The position numbers were made by a program, and so were the translations under genes. From Bacteroidales bacterium (GTDB taxonomy: Bacteria > Bacteroidota > Bacteroidia > Bacteroidales > Muribaculaceae), in assembly GCA_029219425.1 (NCBI GenBank), contig JAQXTJ010000066.1, positions 1 to 52,121 of the forward strand: 52,121 nt of DNA. The letters run 5' to 3'. Positions 44,861 through 52,121 of the stretch are shown here, one piece after another (the stretch's first letter is position 1; each line of letters begins with the position of its first letter). The notes below the pieces were generated by a model that was given only the letters and a program-made list of their open reading frames with translations, was not told the origin of the DNA and searched no databases.

Positions 44861-44976
44861 CCGCCTTTGATTGGCAAATGCTGGCGTTTTATTTGCTAAG
44901 ACGAATTTTTTTCAGTTATTTTGCAAAAAATTGAGGTAATCATCACATTTACCAACTCTATTATTTTTTCATCACA

Positions 44977-46587
44977 GTGAAGACCGATATTCAGATTGCG
45001 CGAACCACGCCACTGAGGCACATCAGCGAGATAGCTCAGGCGTATGGTATTTACGAATCCAGTTTGTTGTATTATGGCAAGAATATTGCTAAAGTTCCTC
45101 TTGAGCTTATCGACGAGAAAAAAGTTGAGCAAAGCAACCTAATTTTAATGACGGCCATGTCGCCCACTCGCGCCGGTATCGGAAAGACCACCGTGAGCAT
45201 TGGCTTGTCCATGGCTTTCAACCGGATGGGGCTCAAAAGTGCGCTCGCTCTGCGAGAGCCAAGCATGGGCCCATGCTTCGGAATGAAGGGTGGCGCTGCC
45301 GGCGGAGGATATGCGCAGGTGCTGCCTATGGAGAAAATCAACCTGCATTTCACCGGCGACATGCACGCAATCACATCGGCCAACAACCTCATCGCTGCCC
45401 TGCTCGACAACTACATATTCCGTCATCAGGGTCAGCCCAACCAACTCAAGACGGTGCTGTGGCGGCGCGTTATCGACATGAACGACCGTGCTTTGCGGTA
45501 TGTGGTGACGGGGCTGGGCGATGGAAATGGTGTGGCTCGGGAGAGCGGATTCGACATCACTCCGGCTTCTGAGATTATGGCAATCCTTTGCCTTGCCAGC
45601 AATATGGACGACCTGCGTCGCAGGCTCGAGAATATTCTGCTTGGAGTCACCTGCGAGGGCAAGCCCTTCTATATGCGCGATCTTGGCGGCGTGGGTGCGC
45701 TGCTCGTGCTGCTGCAAGACGCCATCAACCCCAATTTGGTACAGACGGTGGAACACACCGGGGCTTTCATCCACGGTGGCCCTTTTGCCAACATTGCCCA
45801 CGGCTGCAACAGCATCATTGCCACAAAGATGGCTATGAGCCACAGCGACTATGTGGTCACTGAGGCTGGCTTCGGTGCCGACCTTGGCGCCGAGAAGTTC
45901 CTCGACATTAAGTGCCGCATTGCGCGTATCCGACCCAAGCTCACCGTGCTTGTCGTCACCACTAAGGGGCTGGCCGAGGCCGGAATGGCCAATATGGACC
46001 GTCACATTGAAAACCTGCGCGCCATGGGGCAGACGGTGGTGGTGACAATGAACCGCTTTGGCGACGACACCGACGACGACGTGAGCAGAGTGCGCAATCA
46101 CTGCTGCGACCTTGGCGTGGGATTCGCTGCCAATGAGGCTTTCTTCCATGGCGGTGAAGGATGCCGCGAGCTGGCCGAATTGTGCATCAAGACTATCGAG
46201 AAGCAGCCCTCGGGCGAAATCCAGTATGTCTATGACCTCAACGACTCCGTGGAGCAAAAGGTGGAAAAACTGGCCCGGAAGGTCTATCGTGCCGGTCGTG
46301 TGGAGTTCTCCTCCAAGGCCCGGAAGGCTATGGCTCAAATTTCGGAGTGGGGACTCTCAGATTTGCCTCTCTGCATGGCCAAAACGCAATATTCATTCAG
46401 CGACGACCCCAAGGCCGTGGGCGCTCCCGAGGGTTTCACGTTCACCGTGCGCGACTTCGTGGTGAGTGCCGGTGCGGGCATGATTGTGGCCGTGTCGGGC
46501 GATATCCTGCGAATGCCCGGCCTGCCGTTGCACCCTCAGAGCGAAAAAATCGACATTGTTGACGGCATAATCGAGGGGCTGGCATAG
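44977..46587 (+). CDS. fhs: Formate--tetrahydrofolate ligase
   Basis: It has a GTG start giving MKTDIQIA…, the canonical Fhs N-terminus, and the P-loop [10 protein letters not shown]. Confidence 0.93.
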   Translation: MKTDIQIARTTPLRHISEIAQAYGIYESSLLYYGKNIAKVPLELIDEKKVEQSNLILMTAMSPTRAGIGKTTVSIGLSMAFNRMGLKSALALREPSMGPCFGMKGGAAGGGYAQVLPMEKINLHFTGDMHAITSANNLIAALLDNYIFRHQGQPNQLKTVLWRRVIDMNDRALRYVVTGLGDGNGVARESGFDITPASEIMAILCLASNMDDLRRRLENILLGVTCEGKPFYMRDLGGVGALLVLLQDAINPNLVQTVEHTGAFIHGGPFANIAHGCNSIIATKMAMSHSDYVVTEAGFGADLGAEKFLDIKCRIARIRPKLTVLVVTTKGLAEAGMANMDRHIENLRAMGQTVVVTMNRFGDDTDDDVSRVRNHCCDLGVGFAANEAFFHGGEGCRELAELCIKTIEKQPSGEIQYVYDLNDSVEQKVEKLARKVYRAGRVEFSSKARKAMAQISEWGLSDLPLCMAKTQYSFSDDPKAVGAPEGFTFTVRDFVVSAGAGMIVAVSGDILRMPGLPLHPQSEKIDIVDGIIEGLA

Positions 46588-46640
46588 CAGCCCCGGCTCT
46601 TTTCCTTCTCATCTTTCTTTCTCACTTTCACTCCATCATC

Positions 46641-49055
46641 ATGAAAAATCCTCCTTCTGTTTCTTCCACCGGGCTATTTGCCCTCGTTTTGCTCCTGGCT
46701 TCTATCTTTTCTCCGGCTCTTGCCGGCAACCTGCTGCTGCGCTACGACCGCGACGCTCGCTTCTTCGAGGAATCGCTCGTCATTGGCAACGGGCGCATGG
46801 GCGCGGCTGTATATGGCTCGGCTCATGCCGACCGCCTTTCACTCAACGACATCACCCTCTGGACCGGCGAGCCTGTGGCCGACTCGGCCACCGACTACAG
46901 CGGTTGCCTCCAGCGCGTGCGCACCTTGCTCGATGCCGACGACTATGAGCGCGCCGAGGAGGCCAATATGATGCTTCAAGGCCCCTACAGCGAGAACTAC
47001 CAGCCTCTTGGAAACCTATATATCCACTATGGCTCGCCCGACAACGATGCGACTGCTATTGAGCGCACTCTCAATATTGGCAACGCCATTGCCTCCACAC
47101 GCGCTGCCGGTTGCAAGCGTGAGTATTTTGCCTCCTCGCCCGACTCGGTTATTGTGATTCGCGTGAGCAACACCGGCAAGAACGCCTCCGGCGACATCGT
47201 CATCCAATACGACACTCCTCTGCCCCACTCCACAGTTGCCGCCGACAACATGCTCATCACCGACGGCTATGCCGCATTTCACTCCTTCCCGGTCTATTAT
47301 CACGCCGTGCCCGACTCACTCAAGCATCAGTACGACCCAACGCGTGGCATCCACTTCCGCACCATCGTCGCCGTGAAGCCCCACAAGGGGCGCGTGGTGG
47401 CCAAGCAGGGCAAGCTGCTGGTCAAGGGCGGCTCCAAGGCCACTATCTATGTGGTCAACGAAACGAGCTTCAACGGCTTCGACCGCGACCCTGTTGCCTC
47501 CGGAAAAGACTATAAGGCCTTGGCTTCGCGCCGCATCGCCAAGGTGATGAAGAAACACTTCGAGCAGCTGCGCAACGACCACATCGCCGACTATCAGCGG
47601 CTCTTCAACCGCGTGTCGCTCAATCTCGGCTCCACCGCGCCCGAGATTAAGGCTCTGCCCACCGATGTGCAGCTCAGGCTCTACACCGAGCAGCACCAGA
47701 GCAACCCCGAGCTGGAGGCTCTATATTTCCAGTTTGGCCGATACCTGCTCATTGCTTGCTCGCGCACCGAGGGTGTGCCCGCCAATCTGCAAGGCCTGTG
47801 GAATGAGAGTATGCTTCCTCCTTGGAGCTGCAACTACACCACAAATATCAATATGGAGGAAAACTACTGGCTCGCCGAGAGCACCAACCTGTCCGAGCTC
47901 CACACGCCGCTGCTCAGTTTCATCTCTCGTCTGGCTGTCAATGGAGCGGCCACTGCACGCTCCCTCTATGGTATTGAGCGCGGTTGGTGTCTTGGCCACA
48001 ATTCCGACATCTGGGCCCGTACATCCCCCGTGGGGCTGCAAAAGGGCGGCCCCCTCTGGGCTTCGTGGAACATGGGCGGTGCCTGGGTGGCTTCACACAT
48101 TTTCGAGCACTATGCATTCACTCTCGATAAGGACTTCCTTGCCGAATACTACCCCTGCCTCAAGGGGGCGGCCGAGTTTTGCATCGACTGGCTGGTGGAG
48201 AAAGAGGGATTCCTAATGACCTCTCCGGGAACATCGCCCGAGAACCAGTTTGTGCTCCGGCCGGGAGTGAACATTGCCACATCCTATGGCACCACATCCG
48301 ACCTCGCTATGATTCGCCAGTGCCTCATCGACGCCTCTTGTGCGGCAAAGGCTCTAAATCGCGACAGCGACTTCATCGCCGAGGTCAGCAACGTCCTTGC
48401 CAGGCTTGCCCCCTACAAGACCGGCAGCAAAGGAAGCCTGCAAGAGTGGTGGCGCGACTGGGACGAGAGCGACAAGTTTCACCGCCACCAGTCGCACCTC
48501 TATGGCCTTTATCCCGGCAACCACATCAATGTCGATTCTATGCCTGATCTGGCACGCGCCTGCCACCGCACGCTCGAGCTGCGAGGACCCGAATCCACCG
48601 GCTGGAGCACCGGCTGGAGGGTGAATCTCTACGCCCGCCTAAAGGACAACGCTATGGCATACTCCACTTTCAGGCGACTGCTGAAGTACATCAGCCCCGA
48701 CGGCTACCGTGGCGATGATGCGGTGAGAGGTGGAGGTACCTACCCCAACCTCCTCGATGCCCATTCGCCTTTCCAGATCGACGGCAACTTTGGCGGATCG
48801 GCCGGTGTGGCCGAGATGCTGCTGCAATCCACGCCACACAGCATCACACTGCTGCCTGCGCTGCCCAAGGAATGGGCAAGCGGCTCCGTGAGCGGCCTTT
48901 GCGCTCGCGGTGGCTTCACTCTCGACTTTGCCTGGCAGAGTGGCAGAGTCACCTCGGTCACCATCAGCTCTGTACGAGGCGGCTCCACATCTCTTTTCTT
49001 CAATGGATCTTCCGTTCAGGTGCACCTCCAGCCCAATCAGTCTTTGAGTCTCTGA
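46641..49055 (+). CDS. Glycoside hydrolase family 95 (alpha-L-fucosidase), secreted
   Basis: It has a signal peptide and the GH95 N-terminal pattern (LRYDRDARFFEESLVIGNGRMGA…SLNDITLWTGEP). The size (about 800 aa) fits. Confidence 0.88.
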   Translation: MKNPPSVSSTGLFALVLLLASIFSPALAGNLLLRYDRDARFFEESLVIGNGRMGAAVYGSAHADRLSLNDITLWTGEPVADSATDYSGCLQRVRTLLDADDYERAEEANMMLQGPYSENYQPLGNLYIHYGSPDNDATAIERTLNIGNAIASTRAAGCKREYFASSPDSVIVIRVSNTGKNASGDIVIQYDTPLPHSTVAADNMLITDGYAAFHSFPVYYHAVPDSLKHQYDPTRGIHFRTIVAVKPHKGRVVAKQGKLLVKGGSKATIYVVNETSFNGFDRDPVASGKDYKALASRRIAKVMKKHFEQLRNDHIADYQRLFNRVSLNLGSTAPEIKALPTDVQLRLYTEQHQSNPELEALYFQFGRYLLIACSRTEGVPANLQGLWNESMLPPWSCNYTTNINMEENYWLAESTNLSELHTPLLSFISRLAVNGAATARSLYGIERGWCLGHNSDIWARTSPVGLQKGGPLWASWNMGGAWVASHIFEHYAFTLDKDFLAEYYPCLKGAAEFCIDWLVEKEGFLMTSPGTSPENQFVLRPGVNIATSYGTTSDLAMIRQCLIDASCAAKALNRDSDFIAEVSNVLARLAPYKTGSKGSLQEWWRDWDESDKFHRHQSHLYGLYPGNHINVDSMPDLARACHRTLELRGPESTGWSTGWRVNLYARLKDNAMAYSTFRRLLKYISPDGYRGDDAVRGGGTYPNLLDAHSPFQIDGNFGGSAGVAEMLLQSTPHSITLLPALPKEWASGSVSGLCARGGFTLDFAWQSGRVTSVTISSVRGGSTSLFFNGSSVQVHLQPNQSLSL

Positions 49056-49196
49056 CGCGCCGGCTTTGACCCATAGTTTCTCCTCGCTTCTCTCCCACCA
49101 CTATTCCGCCGGGTATTTTTGGTGACAGTCACGGCATTTCTATTACTTTTAACTTTGATTGTCTTGCATGGGCACATTTCTCGCCCACGCAGGCAG

Positions 49197-49204
49197 TAAT
49201 TTTG
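49197..49204 (+). promoter_or_regulatory. Bacteroidetes -7 box TAATTTTG
   Basis: It lies 34 nt upstream of ATG 49238. Confidence 0.5.
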
Positions 49205-49237
49205 CAGTGTCAAAACAATTTAATAGCACTGTGAATT

Positions 49238-49549
49238 ATGAGCGACAATCAAAGAAAAATTATGGCAGGCGACACCGTGTTTGTGAGCCTCGTGCAGAAT
49301 GGTCGCAGCGTGCTTGCGCTGTGCAGCCGTGAGTTCAGCTCTTTTGCCGAGTTGGTCAAGAAGGTATATGGCATGGCACGTGGATGCCTTGGCGTGGCCA
49401 TTATGGACGTCCGCAACCAGTCGCAGGGCTGGAGCTGCCGGGTGCCCCTCATGCTCGCTGCATCAAAGCCTGTGGCCTCGCAGCCGGTGCAACGCTCATC
49501 GCATAGCAAGCACCCACACCAGCAAGAGATTCCTTTTGCCTGGGCGTAG
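49238..49549 (+). CDS. Hypothetical small protein (103 aa)
   Basis: It has its own -7 box at the correct distance and host-like GC3-rich codons in the first two-thirds. The C-terminus is low-complexity and rich in Pro, Ser, Gln and His. I recognise no family. Confidence 0.45.
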   Translation: MSDNQRKIMAGDTVFVSLVQNGRSVLALCSREFSSFAELVKKVYGMARGCLGVAIMDVRNQSQGWSCRVPLMLAASKPVASQPVQRSSHSKHPHQQEIPFAWA

Positions 49550-49710
49550 CTATTTCTGCAATTATAAATATGCACAAGTTATCCATTTTAAGAAACTACT
49601 CAGCTGATATACAGCCGTTTGCAATTTACAATCGCTGCCAAAGTTTTCCAAAACGGATAATTCCGTTCAATTTTTGTCGAAGAAAATTTGTTCAAAAAAC
49701 AAATCTTTTG

Positions 49711-49718
49711 TAGCTTTG
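49711..49718 (+). promoter_or_regulatory. Bacteroidetes -7 box TAGCTTTG
   Basis: Matches TAnnTTTG, about 110 nt upstream of the nrdD ATG at 49828. Confidence 0.5.
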
Positions 49719-49827
49719 CAGTCGCAAAACCGAGCGGTTTCCACACCCCGTTTTGCCACTTTTTTCGCTTGTAAAAGATTTATTCCTGCAACAATCAATA
49801 AGATACACAAAGACATACACTCAGAAT

Positions 49828-52035
49828 ATGATACAGGTAGTAGTGAAGCGCGATGGCCGTGTTGTTGGCTACAACGAGGAGAAAATCAAGGCTGCAATCC
49901 GAAAGGCAATGTTCCAGACCGAGAAGGGCGAGGACGAGGCGCTCATACAGCGCATCGCCGACCGCATCGGTGCCCGGGGAAAGGAGCGCATGTCGGTCGA
50001 GGAAATTCAGGACCAGGTGGAGCTGGAGCTTATGCGCAGCCCGCGCAAGGAGGTGGCGAAGAAGTATATCGCCTACCGCGACCAGCGAAATGTGGCTCGG
50101 CGCGCAAAGACTCGCGACGTGTTCCTCGAGATTATCGAGGCTAAGAACAACGACATCACGCGCGAGAATGCCAACATGAACACCGACTCGCCGGCCGGTA
50201 TGATGATGAAGTTTGCCAGCGAGACCACAAAGCCTTTTGTCGACGACTACCTCCTCTCGGCCGAGGCCAAGGATGCCGTGCGCGGCAACTACCTCCACAT
50301 TCACGACAAGGACTATTATCCCACCAAGAGCCTCACTTGCGTGCAGCACCCTCTCGACAAGATTCTGCAAGGTGGCTACATTGCCGGCCATGGTGAGTCG
50401 AGGCCGGCTAAGCGCATCGAGACGGCGAGTGTCCTCGCCTGCATATCCCTCGAGACTGCTCAGAACGAGATGCACGGCGGACAGGCTATCCCGGCTTTCG
50501 ATTTCTATCTCGCTCCTTTCGTGCGCCGGTCGTTCATCGAGGAGGTGAAAAACATTGAGGCTCTCGATGGCGCCGACCACAGCGACCTCTACGATGTCGC
50601 CATCGACGACTATGTGAGCCGCAGCCTCGATGGCCTTTCTGGCTCCAATCGTGTGCTACAGCACGCCATGAACCGCACCGTTTGCCGCGTGCATCAGGCT
50701 ATGGAGGCTTTCATTCACAATCTCAACACCATCCACTCGCGTGGCGGAAATCAGGTGGTGTTCAGCTCCATCAACTATGGCACCGACACCTCAGCCGAGG
50801 GTCGGTGCGTAATCCGTGAGCTTCTCACCTCCACCTACGAGGGTGTGGGCAATGGCGCGACTGCCATTTTCCCAATTCAGATTTGGAAGAAGAAGCGCGG
50901 CGTGAATTTCCTCCCCGGCGACCCAAACTACGACCTCTATTGCTTCGCCTGCAAGGTCACTGCTCGCCGTTTCTTCCCCAATTTTGTGAATCTCGATGCC
51001 TCTTTCAACCGCCACGAGCTTTGGCGCCCCGACGACCCTAAGCGATATCTCCACGAGGTGGCAACCATGGGATGCCGCACGCGCGTGTTCGAGAACAGAT
51101 ATGGCAAAAAGACTTCTGTTGGACGAGGCAACCTCTCTTTCTCCACAATCAATATCGTGCGCCTCGCAATAGAGTGTATGGGTTATAACGACCGCGAGGA
51201 GCGTATCTCTGCATTCTTCCACAAGCTCGATGCCATGCTCGATGTGGCTGCCCGCCAGCTATGCGACCGTTTCGACTTCCAGAAGACTGCACTCGCCAAG
51301 CAGTTCCCGCTGGTGATGTCAAAGCTGTGGAATGGAGCCGAAGAGCTTCGGCCGTCCGACACTATCGAGGCTGTTATCAACCAGGGTACTCTCGGCATTG
51401 GCTTCATCGGCCTCGCCGAGTGCCTCATCGCGCTCACGGGCAAGCATCATGGAGAGTGCGCCGAGAGTCAGGAGCTGGGATTGAGCATCGTGCGCCACAT
51501 GCGCGACCGCGCTAATGAGTTTTCCGAGAAATACAAGCACAATTTCAGCATCCTTGCCACTCCGGCCGAGGGGCTTTCCGGACGATTCACCAAGCGCGAC
51601 CGCAAGTCGTTTGGCATAATTCCGGGTGTCACCGACAAGGACTATTACACCAATTCCAATCACGTTCCGGTCTATTACCATTGCAGCCCACGCCACAAGG
51701 CCGAGATTGAGGCTCCATATCACGACCTCACACGCGGTGGACACATCTTCTATGTGGAAATCGACGGCGACGCCACACACAATCCCGAGGCGGTGATGGA
51801 CATTGTGAAGCTCATCGACAAGTACAACATTGGCTACGGCTCGGTCAACCACAACCGCAACCGCTGCATGGACTGTGGCTACGAGGACGCAAAAGAAGGG
51901 CTTGAAGTGTGCCCCGTGTGCGGAAGCCACAACATCGACAAGCTTCAGCGCATCACCGGCTACCTCGTCGGAACCACCGACCGCTGGAACTCTGCCAAGC
52001 TCGCCGAGCTCCACGACCGCGTTGTCCACCGATAG
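49828..52035 (+). CDS. nrdD: Anaerobic ribonucleoside-triphosphate reductase (class III)
   Basis: It has an N-terminal ATP-cone (MIQVVVKRDGRVVGYNEEKI), a C-terminal Zn ribbon (CMDCGY…CPVCGS) and the glycyl-radical motif RITGYLVG. Confidence 0.95.
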   Translation: MIQVVVKRDGRVVGYNEEKIKAAIRKAMFQTEKGEDEALIQRIADRIGARGKERMSVEEIQDQVELELMRSPRKEVAKKYIAYRDQRNVARRAKTRDVFLEIIEAKNNDITRENANMNTDSPAGMMMKFASETTKPFVDDYLLSAEAKDAVRGNYLHIHDKDYYPTKSLTCVQHPLDKILQGGYIAGHGESRPAKRIETASVLACISLETAQNEMHGGQAIPAFDFYLAPFVRRSFIEEVKNIEALDGADHSDLYDVAIDDYVSRSLDGLSGSNRVLQHAMNRTVCRVHQAMEAFIHNLNTIHSRGGNQVVFSSINYGTDTSAEGRCVIRELLTSTYEGVGNGATAIFPIQIWKKKRGVNFLPGDPNYDLYCFACKVTARRFFPNFVNLDASFNRHELWRPDDPKRYLHEVATMGCRTRVFENRYGKKTSVGRGNLSFSTINIVRLAIECMGYNDREERISAFFHKLDAMLDVAARQLCDRFDFQKTALAKQFPLVMSKLWNGAEELRPSDTIEAVINQGTLGIGFIGLAECLIALTGKHHGECAESQELGLSIVRHMRDRANEFSEKYKHNFSILATPAEGLSGRFTKRDRKSFGIIPGVTDKDYYTNSNHVPVYYHCSPRHKAEIEAPYHDLTRGGHIFYVEIDGDATHNPEAVMDIVKLIDKYNIGYGSVNHNRNRCMDCGYEDAKEGLEVCPVCGSHNIDKLQRITGYLVGTTDRWNSAKLAELHDRVVHR

Positions 52036-52121
52036 AGGCCCTATGAGGGTGTATCAAAATTGGAAAATAACCACTTATGTAGGGACGCACCCCGGTGCGT
52101 CCGCCCACAGTCGCTTTGGCT

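Noticed and set aside
1-52121. Mobile element, prophage, defence island, CRISPR-Cas, toxin-antitoxin pairs, or tRNA/rRNA genes.
   Set aside because: None of the following is visible on either strand: integrase, transposase, recombinase, cas, restriction or phage-like ORFs, flanking direct repeats, or a tRNA cloverleaf. Gene content is core metabolism throughout.

Overview
This 52.1-kb segment looks like Bacteroidales (Bacteroidota) chromosome. The evidence is canonical TAnnTTTG -7 promoter boxes at sensible distances ahead of many operons, a bamD-rpoZ pair, an ileS / TraR-DksA-like / lspA / DUF4296 cluster, and a cobalamin riboswitch driving a BtuB/BtuG-type B12 capture pair. I can support about 43 protein genes, almost all housekeeping or carbohydrate/glycerolipid catabolism. 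In window order they are: a DnaQ-like exonuclease plus AlkD-like repair pair; a nitroreductase; the B12 riboswitch-btuB-btuG-like locus; an alpha/beta hydrolase, MurF-like ligase and long Ddl operon; ileS, lspA, purU, hisH-A-F-IE, ftsE, lysC-lysA and glnS; a DUF2461 gene; glpABC-glpT-glpQ; a minus-strand block with a sugar nucleotidyltransferase, galM, galK, a GH2 enzyme, an exported dipeptide epimerase, an NlpC/P60 peptidase and a transglutaminase-like lipoprotein; then bamD, rpoZ, fhs, a GH95 fucosidase and nrdD. I see no rRNA, tRNA, CRISPR array, integrase/transposase, or obvious defence or mobile island, so this is mostly an ordinary core region. The best candidates for something undescribed are four. 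(1) The hydrolase / MurF-like / Ddl operon, where the usual MurF N-terminal domain is replaced by a polytopic membrane domain and the Ddl is an atypically long Firmicute-like form with an extended omega-loop and a Gly/Lys tail. (2) A roughly 0.9-kb poorly coding gap between glnS and the DUF2461 gene, with an atypical secreted-protein ORF, a mini-ORF and strong hairpins. (3) Three phased 33-bp direct repeats in a divergent promoter. (4) A heptanucleotide microsatellite inside the murein-peptide operon. All family assignments come from my own motif recognition on the translated ORFs. No database search was run.
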